From Candidatus Yanofskybacteria bacterium RIFCSPHIGHO2_01_FULL_43_32 (lineage in GTDB: Bacteria; Patescibacteriota; Minisyncoccia; 2-02-FULL-40-12; GWA2-44-9), in assembly GCA_001794125.1 (NCBI GenBank), contig MGJF01000013.1:450-64449 (forward strand): a DNA stretch of 64,000 bases, in the 5' to 3' direction. Under the pieces are notes generated by a model that saw only the letters and a program-made list of their open reading frames with translations, was not told the origin of the DNA and ran no database searches. The translations under genes and the position numbers were made by a program. Shown here one piece after another: positions 7,870 through 17,415 of this stretch (its first letter is position 1; every line of letters begins with the position of its first letter).

Positions 7870-8643
7870 ATGAGTTTCAATTACTCAAATCAGCACCAGG
7901 GTTCTCAAAAACCTCGTAATACCAACAATGAGGCCATTGTTGAAATAAGAGCCGGAGCGGGCGGCGACGAAGCCGCTCTTTTTGCCGGAACTCTTTTAAA
8001 TATGTATAAAAAATATGCCACGCTCAAGGGCTGGGGCTTTGAAGTTATTGATTCAAACGAAACAAGTATCGGCGGATTTAAATCGGTTGTTTTTGAATTA
8101 AAAGGCGAAAACGCCTTCGCAAAGATAAAAAACGAATCGGGCGTTCACAGAGTGCAAAGAGTTCCCAAAACCGAGAAAAGCGGCCGGGTTCACACATCCA
8201 CCGCTACGGTAGCGGTGCTTGCCAAGGCAAGCGAAAGCGAGCTTCAAATACGCCCTGACGAACTTGAAATTACCTTTTCCCGCGCCGGAGGACCGGGGGG
8301 ACAAAATGTAAACAAAGTAGAGACCGCCGTAAGAATACTGCACAAACCTTCTGGAATTGTCGTTTCTTCAAGACAGGAAAGAAATCAGCAAAGGAACCGC
8401 GATAAAGCAATGGATATTTTAAGAGCAAAGCTTTTGGAAATCAAGAAAGCCGAAGAAACCGGCAACATTACCGAAGAACGCCGGAAACAGATCGGCACCG
8501 GAGATCGGTCCGAAAAAATAAGAACCTACAACTTCCCCCAGGACAGGATAACCGACCACAGGATAAAGAAGAGCTGGGGAAATATAGACAAAATATTGAA
8601 CGGCAACTTAGACCCCGTATTTGACGCATTAACTAATCAATAA
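7870..8643 (+). CDS. prfA: Peptide chain release factor 1 homologue lacking N-terminal domain 1 (257 aa)
   Basis: It has the GGQ motif ([12 protein letters not shown]) and an RF1-type PxT tripeptide ([15 protein letters not shown]). It aligns with E. coli RF1 from about residue 105 onward. No upstream coding capacity exists for domain 1. Confidence 0.7.
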   Translation: MSFNYSNQHQGSQKPRNTNNEAIVEIRAGAGGDEAALFAGTLLNMYKKYATLKGWGFEVIDSNETSIGGFKSVVFELKGENAFAKIKNESGVHRVQRVPKTEKSGRVHTSTATVAVLAKASESELQIRPDELEITFSRAGGPGGQNVNKVETAVRILHKPSGIVVSSRQERNQQRNRDKAMDILRAKLLEIKKAEETGNITEERRKQIGTGDRSEKIRTYNFPQDRITDHRIKKSWGNIDKILNGNLDPVFDALTNQ

Positions 8644-8796
8644 CACATAACAACCCTCAAGGTCGTTATGGCTAAATCTGTGGATAATTTAGATTTAAAG
8701 AGCCCTGTTTTTAAGCCCAATCCGGGCTGGGGCGGTAAGTTAAAAAAATGGCTGACAGAAAACGAGTCAACTTTGTTTGTCGTTTTTTGGGTTGCT

Positions 8797-9516
8797 TTAT
8801 TTGTCCTCTTTCTTTTCCGGAGATTCTTTTGATGCTTCTTTGAGTCCCTCTTCTTCGGGAACTTCTTCCTCTTCTTTTTCTTTCTTAATGACCTCAACAT
8901 CTTCAATAGTCGCAGTTGGAGCTTCTAAAGCCTTTTCAAGCTCTGCTTCCGACATTGGTTCCTGAGCGGTAGCAATTATTTCTTCGGCTTCTGCTGTTAT
9001 TTTTAGTTTGGGGTCCAATTTCAAGTCCTTAACCAAAATCTGATCACCGATATTCTTAAGTAAAGATATGTCTACTACCACCTCGTGAGGCAAGTCCTGC
9101 GGGAAGGCCTCTATTTCCAGTTCGTTGATGTTTCTTACGAATATGCCCCCGAGGTCCTTAACTGCAGGCGATTCGCCGCGGAAAATAACGGCAACTTTAG
9201 CTTTAATCTTCTCGTCCAAACGGACTTTATAAAAATCAGCGTGCAAAATATCGTCGCTTACCGCATCTTTGGCTATATCATGAATAATAGTCGGATAAGA
9301 CTGACTATCTACATTAATGAAAATGAGGGTTGATTCTCCGGCTACTTCAAACACCTTCTTAAAATCCTTAGTCGGGATTTGAAGAGGAATGGATTCCTGA
9401 TTTTTTCCATACAAAATCGCCGGTAAGTATCCAGATTTTCTCAAATTATTCAGCCCGCTTCCGATGACTTCCCTCTTCTGGGCATTCAGTTCAATTTTTT
9501 GCTGTTTAGTAGCCAT
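8797..9516 (-). CDS. rplY: 50S ribosomal protein L25 / general stress protein Ctc form, acidic C-terminal tail
   Basis: The sequence IELNAQKREVIGSGLNNLRKSGYLPAILYG is the L25 N-terminal signature. Length is 239 aa. Confidence 0.75.
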   Translation of the reverse strand: MATKQQKIELNAQKREVIGSGLNNLRKSGYLPAILYGKNQESIPLQIPTKDFKKVFEVAGESTLIFINVDSQSYPTIIHDIAKDAVSDDILHADFYKVRLDEKIKAKVAVIFRGESPAVKDLGGIFVRNINELEIEAFPQDLPHEVVVDISLLKNIGDQILVKDLKLDPKLKITAEAEEIIATAQEPMSEAELEKALEAPTATIEDVEVIKKEKEEEEVPEEEGLKEASKESPEKKEDK

Positions 9517-9834
9517 ATTATTTAGCTTAGTTATCTTACTCTAATTTTTATTTAAAATCAAGACCTCGCTCCGCCCCATCACTTTTCTGTCACGGTTCCT
9601 CGTCTCGGAAACCGACTCGGTATGGTTGAATTGATTTAAAACCAAAATAACAGGTAACCCACGCTTGCCTCCTCGCATATAAGAATATGCTCGGCGCTCG
9701 ACCTATTATTTTGGAAATCAATAAAATCAACCAACCTCATCTGTTTCCTCGCCTCGTCAAAGTGACATAAAAGCGATGGGGCTAGGCTTAACAAATTTTT
9801 ATATAAAAAAGCCGAGTTTATCTCGGCATCGAAT

Positions 9835-10149
9835 TTAATTATAGGCACGGCTCATTTTAAGCAAAACGGATAGAAAATGACTGGTTCCAATAACTAGTCC
9901 GCCACGGTCACTCTGATAAGCTTTTCTCCAAGCTTCCCAACGAGCTAGTAGGACTTTGGGCGTATCTTTTAGAAATATAGGGGCAGGTGTTTCATTAAAC
10001 CAAAACCAAGTAACACCTGGCCGATTCTTAATAGCATCTTTTAATGCATCAAACACATGATTGTGCGATATGTTTTTGTAGTGATATAAACCGGACTCAT
10101 CCTGTCTAAATTCACCACCAACGGTTTTTATTACCTTTTTAATGGACAT
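9835..10149 (-). CDS. Hypothetical protein (104 aa)
   Basis: It is an ORF only. It lies immediately downstream (on the minus strand) of structured element C. Confidence 0.4.
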   Translation of the reverse strand: MSIKKVIKTVGGEFRQDESGLYHYKNISHNHVFDALKDAIKNRPGVTWFWFNETPAPIFLKDTPKVLLARWEAWRKAYQSDRGGLVIGTSHFLSVLLKMSRAYN

Positions 10150-10220
10150 GGAAACCTCCTTGATTGCTTTGCCATATATTAAGCTACATTTTAATACTTG
10201 TCAATAGTTTCTTAAATTTA

Positions 10221-10441
10221 AGCTCCGCCCTCGCCACTTTATGCGTATCGCCCGAGCAGATGCAAACAAATGAACATCTCGGAGATTTTCAAGGTAACAA
10301 AAATTTAGCCGGAAAATCCCCTTAGGGAGGAACGGATGCTAGAATTTTTGTCTTGAATAATGACGAGATGGAATATTGTTTACCTGTTGAGGGCGGCCAA
10401 AGGCAATACGAAGTACACGCTTAAAGGGGTGAGGGCGGAGC
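10221..10441. other. Structured noncoding module C, partially homologous to element A, closed by GCTCCGCCCTC / GAGGGCGGAGC long-range stem
   Basis: The hairpin at 10297-10352 is ACAAAAATTTAGCC[GGAAAATCC..GGAGGAACGGAT]GCTAGAATTTTTGT. It matches the A hairpin at 7433-7492, with a conserved loop and covarying stem (AATTTT vs AAAATTT). Confidence 0.45.
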
Positions 10442-11317
10442 TTATCTTGAACTCATAAATAACTTTATCTTCTGCGCGACGAGTTTTTTGACTTCATCAA
10501 CTGCTGGGCTGAGATATTTGTAGGGGGTAGTTTCGTTTGGATGAGCGTGGAATTGCTTATCTATTTCATTGCGATAAGCCACGCGCAACTCAGTATTAAA
10601 ATGGACATTGGTAATCCCCGCCTTTATCGAGGCGGCCACATCTTCATCTTTCAATCCCGACGCCCCATGGAGCACATAATACGGTCTCGGCTCGGCAGAA
10701 ATAATTTTTGAAAAATGTTCTATATCTAACTTTTCTTCCTGGTCAGTGACTATGCCGTGAATATTGCCAAAAACCACAGCCATACGGTCCACTCCTGTTC
10801 GCGAAACAAAATCTGCAACTTCTTCCGGTTTTGAATAATCAACCGGACTTATTTCAATTTTTGTCTGAACTTCCGAAGAACCCCGCAAATAGCCAAGCTC
10901 GCCTTCTACGGAAATACCGGTCCGCCGGCTGGCGGATACCGAACGGCAGTAATCCACGACTTGTTTTGTCAATGCAATGTTTTCTTCATTTGGCAGTTTT
11001 GACGCGTCTATAATAATGGAATCATATCCGGCGTCTATCGCTTCTTTGCATTTGTCAAAGCTTTTATAATGGTCGGCATTAAGGAATATCGGGTAGTTCA
11101 TGTCCTCTTTCATCACTTTCACCAGGGCAGCGGCTTCTTTCATGCCGACAAAACCGGCCTCCCCTTCGGAGGTTCCGACCATCACCGCCGGAGCTCCGGC
11201 GTCGCGGCAAGCCTCGACTATTCCGCGCAGAACGTCTTGGGTGGCAAAATTAAAATGCCCGATGGCATAGCGACTTTCCTTAGCTTGTTTTAAATAGTAA
11301 TTTAAATTCTCCATCAA
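10442..11317 (-). CDS. fba: Class II fructose-bisphosphate aldolase
   Basis: The protein carries LKQAKESRYAIGHFNFATQDVLRGIVEACRDAGAPAVMVGTSEGE. Confidence 0.8.
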   Translation of the reverse strand: MMENLNYYLKQAKESRYAIGHFNFATQDVLRGIVEACRDAGAPAVMVGTSEGEAGFVGMKEAAALVKVMKEDMNYPIFLNADHYKSFDKCKEAIDAGYDSIIIDASKLPNEENIALTKQVVDYCRSVSASRRTGISVEGELGYLRGSSEVQTKIEISPVDYSKPEEVADFVSRTGVDRMAVVFGNIHGIVTDQEEKLDIEHFSKIISAEPRPYYVLHGASGLKDEDVAASIKAGITNVHFNTELRVAYRNEIDKQFHAHPNETTPYKYLSPAVDEVKKLVAQKIKLFMSSR

Positions 11318-12675
11318 AGCTTAATAAAGCCGGTGATTATATTTTCTTCAACAAGCTCATTCATTCTTTCCCGACCTTGATATTCCGAAAATATTTTATT
11401 CCAGAGCGCCTCCTGCTGGTGGTAAAGATATTTAACCTGACCCTTTTTAACCAAAGACATTATCAGGTCGGTCAGATCAAAACTGACCAATTCTGCTTGT
11501 CCTGAGCTTGTCGAAGGAAAGAAATCTCCCACATAATCCAATCCGGTCCAGTATCCCAGATCAACCTTGTTGCCGTCACCCGGCAGCATTCTTGACAATC
11601 GCCCCAGATCCTCGGACACCTTAAGCCAATGTTCGGCTTCCGGATTTACGTGCGGTTCAAACAGCCTGAAGTCCTGCTCATTATCCTTGGACAGATATGT
11701 CTGGACCACACGCCAGACGGGCCTCTCGTTTTCAATCTTTTTGTCCGACACATCGCCCCTTAAAAGTGATTTGAATTTATCCACGAAATCCGGGTCTTTT
11801 ATGAATTTACGGAACAGATTGGAATAGAACGGCACCTCGTGCAGATAGTGCATTATAAGAGTAAACATTCTCATCGTTTCGCCGGCGGTATCTATGGGCA
11901 GAGGAATAACGAAGATAACGCCATATTCCTTGAGGTGGCTGATATTGTGGTATTTTTTTTCAAGGAATTTGTCGGCCACCGCAAGCCATTTGGTTTCCAA
12001 TACTTTCAGCTCCACGTCTCTTTCTTCAAAATCTTCAGGCTTCAGTTCATTATAGGCAACATCGAAAAATTTATGCATCCAATCCGTGCTTTGCGTAAAC
12101 CTCAAAGCGCTGACAACGGAAACAAACCCTTCTTTTTCTATCAACTCCCTGACCGAAGAATATCCGAAATGCTTGAGCATATTGTCGGGAGGATATTTCT
12201 CCAGAAGTTCGGCTACTTTTTCTTTTTTTATAAAAAATCCTTTGGGCGGAGTGAAGACCTTGAAAGCCGTTTCGCCAAGCTTGCCGCAACCGTCCGACAT
12301 CTTGAACAGATCCGGCCTGTCCAGCAACTCATATAAATTCTGGTCCAGATCGATCAGGCGGCGGATTAAGGCGGTGTAAATTTCTTCCGCCGTTGAGCTT
12401 CGCGTCAAAGACAGTTCGGTCAAGGTTTTTGAAACCAAAGCGTCGTTTTGATTTGCGACGGCCTCCATAACTCCGTCTTGACCGGTAATTTTACCCATTT
12501 TTCCGTCTAATTCATAAAGAACCTCCGGTGTGGTTCTCAATATTGCCGCAAGTTTTTTGTATGGTTCTAACATGCTCGGAGTGGGCTCCCACTTGTCGTC
12601 CGCGAGGGGGCCCATTGCATTCCTCCCTTTCTGAATGCTCCCGAGAGGAGCAATGGGGACACGCGTCGGCGACAA
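11314..12675 (-). CDS. Conserved hypothetical protein (453 aa) embedded in sugar-phosphate operon
   Basis: It has no recognisable motifs. It overlaps fba by 4 nt and is co-directional with pfkB, rpe and rpiB. Confidence 0.5.
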   Translation of the reverse strand: MSPTRVPIAPLGSIQKGRNAMGPLADDKWEPTPSMLEPYKKLAAILRTTPEVLYELDGKMGKITGQDGVMEAVANQNDALVSKTLTELSLTRSSTAEEIYTALIRRLIDLDQNLYELLDRPDLFKMSDGCGKLGETAFKVFTPPKGFFIKKEKVAELLEKYPPDNMLKHFGYSSVRELIEKEGFVSVVSALRFTQSTDWMHKFFDVAYNELKPEDFEERDVELKVLETKWLAVADKFLEKKYHNISHLKEYGVIFVIPLPIDTAGETMRMFTLIMHYLHEVPFYSNLFRKFIKDPDFVDKFKSLLRGDVSDKKIENERPVWRVVQTYLSKDNEQDFRLFEPHVNPEAEHWLKVSEDLGRLSRMLPGDGNKVDLGYWTGLDYVGDFFPSTSSGQAELVSFDLTDLIMSLVKKGQVKYLYHQQEALWNKIFSEYQGRERMNELVEENIITGFIKL

Positions 12676-12692
12676 AAATGGGAACTCTGTTA

Positions 12693-13676
12693 TTAAGATT
12701 TAATCACCTCTATTAACGGCCACGGTCCCCAATCGTCTTTTTTCAATATTCCCGCTTTTGCTCCGTACCTGGTGACGACCGATGAAGCATTGGCGGTGGC
12801 GAATTGGATTGCCTTTGTTATATCGCCGGAACGAATGAATTCGGTGATAAATCCGGAACTGAAAGCATCACCCGCCCCGGTTCTTTCAACAACCGGGGAA
12901 TCCGGAACTCCGGCTTTGTAAATATTCTTGCCGTCGGAAACAACAACGCCTTCCGGACCCTTGGTCATGACAAAAATTCCGCCGATAATTTCGTCCATGA
13001 ATTTAAAAATATCTCCCTCTTGTTTATAGTCAATCCCCGTCAAACCGGCCGCCTCCTCCTGATTCATTATAACCACTGAGGAATTCTTCAGCAATGGTTT
13101 TAATTTTTCCAACCCATGTTCCAACTCTTTTCCTCCAGGATTGGTGGCCAGTTTTACGTTATTGGCGACGGCCCAACTAACGGCTTTCTCCAAAAGGTCG
13201 TAGTGACCGCCCAAGCTGTCCAGAAAAAGCCACTTGGTCCGAAGCTGGTCGAAAGTTATTTTATTTACGTCGAAATGCTGGCCTTCGCCTTTATACGACA
13301 AGATGGTCCTTTCGGCGGACGGGTCGACCAGAATTACCGAATAAGCCGTAAAGTCGTCGTCGTCCTTTTGGAAATATTTGGTTTCAATGCCCTCTTTGGT
13401 CAGCTCGTTCATGACCTCCTGTCCGTTAAGGTCGCTGCCGACAACTCCGATGCAGGCAACAGCCAAACCCTGTCTGCCGAAAGTAACGGCGGCGTTGGTT
13501 CCGCCTCCGCCGGACGTAAATACTATTTTCTTTATTTCCACCTTAGAACCCAAAGAAAGGCAAAGACCTTTCCCTGTCGGAAATTCGGCCAAGTCCAGAG
13601 ATTTGAAACTGTCGGCGCTTATAAAAACATCGCGAGTCGCCGACCCGATTGCCACAATATCGTACATATTACTCAT
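12693..13676 (-). CDS. PfkB-family carbohydrate kinase (ribokinase/phosphofructokinase-B type)
   Basis: The N-terminal GG motif is SGGGGTNAAVTFGRQG and the C-terminal anion-hole motif is TGAGDAFSSGF. Confidence 0.75.
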   Translation of the reverse strand: MSNMYDIVAIGSATRDVFISADSFKSLDLAEFPTGKGLCLSLGSKVEIKKIVFTSGGGGTNAAVTFGRQGLAVACIGVVGSDLNGQEVMNELTKEGIETKYFQKDDDDFTAYSVILVDPSAERTILSYKGEGQHFDVNKITFDQLRTKWLFLDSLGGHYDLLEKAVSWAVANNVKLATNPGGKELEHGLEKLKPLLKNSSVVIMNQEEAAGLTGIDYKQEGDIFKFMDEIIGGIFVMTKGPEGVVVSDGKNIYKAGVPDSPVVERTGAGDAFSSGFITEFIRSGDITKAIQFATANASSVVTRYGAKAGILKKDDWGPWPLIEVIKS

Positions 13677-14310
13677 TATTGCTTATTGATCTTAATTCTT
13701 CAATCGCCTTACCCACATTTTCTGAATCAAGCACATAACTTCCCACAACAAAAGTTGTTACCCCGATGGCGGCAAGACGCCGTGCCGTTTCCGGATTGAC
13801 TCCTCCATCCACGAAGATGGGCATACTCGGATATTGATTATGAAATTCCGATATTTTACCGATGACGCTCTCCATAAATTCACTTCCATAAAAACCCGGG
13901 TTCACGGTCATAAATTGGACAAAATCTATATCATCAAGAAATTCAACTATCTTTTCCGCTCGTGTTTCCGGGTTCAGAACCAGGCCGACCTGACGGCCGT
14001 TAAGATGTATCTGGCCGATCAGGTTGCGGTGTCCACGATCGGTTTCGGCGTGAATCAAAAATCTGTCCGCCTTGGTTTTATACCAAAAATACATTTGGTC
14101 TTCCGGCCGGGAAACCATGAGATGAACGTCGAACTTAACTTTTGTCTCTATTTTCACCAGTTCTTCGTACCCGGAAATGGTTTTGGTCGGAACGAAATCG
14201 CCATCACAGACATCCAAATGCACCCTATCTACGTGGGGTTCAACCGTTCTAAACAGCTTCTCAAATTCTTCGGATGTTTTGGCAAGTATCGCCGGGATTA
14301 TATTAATCAT
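13669..14310 (-). CDS. rpe: Ribulose-phosphate 3-epimerase
   Basis: The protein contains HLDVCDGDFVP, HLMVSRPE and VNPGFYGSEF. Confidence 0.8.
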   Translation of the reverse strand: MINIIPAILAKTSEEFEKLFRTVEPHVDRVHLDVCDGDFVPTKTISGYEELVKIETKVKFDVHLMVSRPEDQMYFWYKTKADRFLIHAETDRGHRNLIGQIHLNGRQVGLVLNPETRAEKIVEFLDDIDFVQFMTVNPGFYGSEFMESVIGKISEFHNQYPSMPIFVDGGVNPETARRLAAIGVTTFVVGSYVLDSENVGKAIEELRSISNNE

Positions 14311-14315
14311 GTTCG

Positions 14316-15986
14316 TTAATTATCTGATTTAATATGCTCCGTAGCATATTTCATGTCCAAGCCGACTTTCTTTCTCGGATTAAATATGTTCAGCGGGTCA
14401 AATATATTTTTTGTTCTTTCAAATAGTTTGTAAATCTCCGGCCCATACATTTTTTCAAGATATGGAGTGCGGATAAGCCCGTCGTTATGCTCGGCCGTTA
14501 TTGAACCGCGATATTCCAAAATCAGGTCATAAACTTTTTCTGAAAGTTCGGGAATAATTTTTTTAGATTTTTCGTCCGACAAATCCATCAAGGGTATGAT
14601 GTGAAAATTTCCGTCTCCGGGATGGCCGGCAATCGTATAGGTCATATAGTTTTTGTATTGGTCCAAAATCACATTAAGTTTGGGCAAAAATTCCGGCAGA
14701 TATTCCGGCCGGACAACCACATCATCGATAAAGGGCGCGGTTTTCTTGCCTTTCACGTGTTTTCTCAACAAATTAAAACTCTCTCTCCTTATTATCCAAT
14801 ACTTCTGAGCGTCCTTTTCGCTCGTGGTAATTCTTGTTTTTATTCCAAATTTATCAAAGACGTCTTTCCGGCATTTTCTAATTTTATCCATTAGTTCATT
14901 TTCATTATCACCGGTAAATTCCACGAGCATAACCATTTTGGGAATTCCGCCGGTTAATACGGTCCAAACATCGGGAATAAATTTAAACATGGCGCCGATT
15001 CCCATTTTTTTTATCAGGTCCGGAAGTATTTTGACGGCTAATTTAAACGTATGGTCATCATAGGACTCAAAACTTTCCGGCTCGCTTTTGTTAACCAAGT
15101 TCACTATTTCGCCCAAAGATTTAAGATCACGCAGAAATATTATCAACAACCTTGAATACTTATTGGGTTTTACCAGACGGAATTTAATTTTTGTGATAAG
15201 CCCCAACGTGCCCTGGGATCCCGTGAACAACCGTGTTAAATCAAACTTCTTCTTGTCCCACACGTTCCACAGCAAATAGCCGGCTGAATTTTTAGACACA
15301 TCAGGTTTGGCTTTTTGGATAAGTTCATAATTTGATTCCAGCAAATCGTGTATTTGACGGTAAACTTCCCCTTCAAAACTGTTCTGGGATTTCTTTTGTT
15401 CCAGTTCTTCGGATGTAAGAGGTTTTAAAACATATTCCTCTCCGTCAGCCAGAACAACATTAAGCTCCCGGACATAATCTTCGGTTTTACCGTAACGCAA
15501 AGATTTTTCTCCTCCGGAATCATTGGCCACCATTCCGCCTACGGTGCAGATTTCGCGGGAAGCGGGGTAAGAAGGCAGCAATAAATTTTTCTTCAGAGTT
15601 TCTTTTTCAAAATCCCGATAAAAAACTCCCGGTTCTGTTATCGCATATCCGCCTCCACCAATTAGGGCGGATGGCGGAATCGCCTCCACTTCCAATACCC
15701 GGTTAAAATGCGAGGTGAAATCCAGAACAATTGAATCGTTCAAAGCCCCTCCCGTCATATCCGTTCCTCCGGAACGGGCCGTCAAAGATAATTCCTTATT
15801 TGAGTTTTTATTTGCCGTAACCCACTTAACCAAATTCTTAATATCGCCAACATCTTTTGGCTTAACTGCCGCTTGAGGTCTGACCTCAAAAATACTTGCG
15901 TCATGGCTGTAAACCAAAAGCCCCTTTTCATCGGAGCTTACCTCGCCTTTTACAATTTCTTTTAAGTCTTCGGCAATGTTGGACAT
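14316..15986 (-). CDS. FAD-linked oxidase family oxidoreductase (GlcD / D-lactate dehydrogenase-like)
   Basis: It has an FAD-binding PCMH-type N-terminal region (VKPKDVGDIKNLVKWVTANKNSNKELSLTARSGGTDMTGGAL) and a C-terminal oxidase domain. Confidence 0.65.
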   Translation of the reverse strand: MSNIAEDLKEIVKGEVSSDEKGLLVYSHDASIFEVRPQAAVKPKDVGDIKNLVKWVTANKNSNKELSLTARSGGTDMTGGALNDSIVLDFTSHFNRVLEVEAIPPSALIGGGGYAITEPGVFYRDFEKETLKKNLLLPSYPASREICTVGGMVANDSGGEKSLRYGKTEDYVRELNVVLADGEEYVLKPLTSEELEQKKSQNSFEGEVYRQIHDLLESNYELIQKAKPDVSKNSAGYLLWNVWDKKKFDLTRLFTGSQGTLGLITKIKFRLVKPNKYSRLLIIFLRDLKSLGEIVNLVNKSEPESFESYDDHTFKLAVKILPDLIKKMGIGAMFKFIPDVWTVLTGGIPKMVMLVEFTGDNENELMDKIRKCRKDVFDKFGIKTRITTSEKDAQKYWIIRRESFNLLRKHVKGKKTAPFIDDVVVRPEYLPEFLPKLNVILDQYKNYMTYTIAGHPGDGNFHIIPLMDLSDEKSKKIIPELSEKVYDLILEYRGSITAEHNDGLIRTPYLEKMYGPEIYKLFERTKNIFDPLNIFNPRKKVGLDMKYATEHIKSDN

Positions 15987-15988
15987 AA

Positions 15989-16432
15989 TTAGTTTTCCTC
16001 TTCTATTTCACCGACCTCTTTCAATCTGCGGTTAAATCTTTCTTCGTCAGCGAATTCGGTATCAAGAAACGTTTTGACTATTTCTTTGGCTTCATCTTCG
16101 GAAGTAAAGTCCGAAGCCAGGGCCAATACGTTTATATTGTCGTCGTTGCGGGCGGAATATATCTGCTCTTTATTGATGGCCAGACCGGAACGGATACCGT
16201 CGAATTTATTGGCGACTTCGTCCACCCCCACACCCGACCCGCAAACAAGTATCCCCCTGTCTTCCGGCTCAACCATGCTTTCGGCCGCCTTTTTGGCGTA
16301 TATCGGATAATCATCGGTCGGGTCCGGCTTAAAAGTTCCCATGTCTTCATGGTCATATCCCCATTCGGTAAGCCATTGCTTAATTTTTTCTTTTAATTGA
16401 AACCCGCGGTGATCAGCGGCAAGATAAATCAT
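15989..16432 (-). CDS. rpiB: Ribose-5-phosphate isomerase B
   Basis: The protein starts IYLAADHRGFQLKEKI and contains GILVCGSGVGV, the LacAB/RpiB signature. Confidence 0.8.
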   Translation of the reverse strand: MIYLAADHRGFQLKEKIKQWLTEWGYDHEDMGTFKPDPTDDYPIYAKKAAESMVEPEDRGILVCGSGVGVDEVANKFDGIRSGLAINKEQIYSARNDDNINVLALASDFTSEDEAKEIVKTFLDTEFADEERFNRRLKEVGEIEEEN

Positions 16433-17367
16433 TTAAGTTTATTGAGATAATTAACAGCCGAAAGGGTTGCGATGCAGCCCTGGCCGGCGGCAATAACTAT
16501 TTGATTAAACGACACGTCGGTTACGTCACCGGCGGCATAAAGTCCGGGTATATTGGTTTCACAGTTTTTATTAACAACAATCTCCCCGAAATTATTTTTT
16601 TGCGCCTCGGCCGGAACAATATATGAATTCGGGGTCATGCCTATGTGGACAAAAATGCCGTCCACCTTTATTTCACGCTCTACATCTTTTTCTTTTTCAT
16701 ATTTCAGGCCGGTTACAAATCCGCCAGCTGGCGGACCGCCCACGATTTGAGTGGTCTTTGCATTATACACGATTTCCACATTCTTTTTGGCAATTAATTT
16801 ATCGAGCAATATTTTTTCTCCCTTGAACCATGCATTCTTGTTTATTATATAAACCTTGGAAGAAATATCCGCCAGCATAAGGCCCGCTTCTAACGCCGAA
16901 TTTCCGCCTCCGATAACGGCTGTTGTTTTACCGCTGAATAACGGCCCGTCGCAAACCGTGCAATAACTGACGCCTTTGTTCCTGAATTCTTTCTCGCCGG
17001 GTACATTCAATTCTCTCGGATGAACTCCTGTCGCCACTATGACAGCCCTGGCTTTATATTCTATTTTTGCGCTTCCGTCTTTCGGAGCGGTAATTAAAAA
17101 TGTGCCGTCGGGCTGTTTGGCTATTTTATCAACCTCCACGCCTTCTTCGGGAACCACATTATAGAATTTAAGATGTTCTTTGAATTGGTTGGTAAGAGTG
17201 ATGCCATCGGTCTGGGGAACTCCGGGCCAATTGCCTATTTCTCCGGATGTCGCCACTTCGCCTCCAAAATCCTTGGTAATAATTTTAAAATTAAGCCCCC
17301 TCCGGGCGGCATAAATTCCGGCCGATGTGGCAGCAGCTGATCCTCCAATTATAATCAAGTCAAACAT
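16429..17367 (-). CDS. trxB: Thioredoxin-disulfide reductase
   Basis: The FAD GG motif is IIIGGSAAATSAGIYAAR. The redox-active site is CTVCDG. An NADPH GGGNSA motif is present. Confidence 0.85.
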   Translation of the reverse strand: MFDLIIIGGSAAATSAGIYAARRGLNFKIITKDFGGEVATSGEIGNWPGVPQTDGITLTNQFKEHLKFYNVVPEEGVEVDKIAKQPDGTFLITAPKDGSAKIEYKARAVIVATGVHPRELNVPGEKEFRNKGVSYCTVCDGPLFSGKTTAVIGGGNSALEAGLMLADISSKVYIINKNAWFKGEKILLDKLIAKKNVEIVYNAKTTQIVGGPPAGGFVTGLKYEKEKDVEREIKVDGIFVHIGMTPNSYIVPAEAQKNNFGEIVVNKNCETNIPGLYAAGDVTDVSFNQIVIAAGQGCIATLSAVNYLNKLK

Positions 17368-17415
17368 GGGATTTCAAGAATAAACTTTTTACTATATTAT
17401 AATAGCATACAAAAA

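Noticed and set aside
8637-8906. 89-aa Lys-rich ORF antisense to the rplY 3' end
   Set aside because: It overlaps a well-supported ribosomal gene on the opposite strand, and its low-complexity K-rich composition mirrors the acidic tail of L25. It is a spurious antisense ORF.
9636-9848. 70-aa ORF in the rplY upstream region
   Set aside because: It has no start context or motifs. It lies in a long noncoding leader containing dispersed-repeat-like sequence and is likely noncoding.
11314-12675. Considered assigning the 453-aa operon protein as an ADP-dependent sugar kinase, enolase or glucose-6-phosphate isomerase
   Set aside because: The signature motifs are absent. There is no enolase IEDPFD or LKVNQIGS, no PGI GGRYSLWS, and no ribokinase-like C-terminal GxGD, so it is left as unknown.
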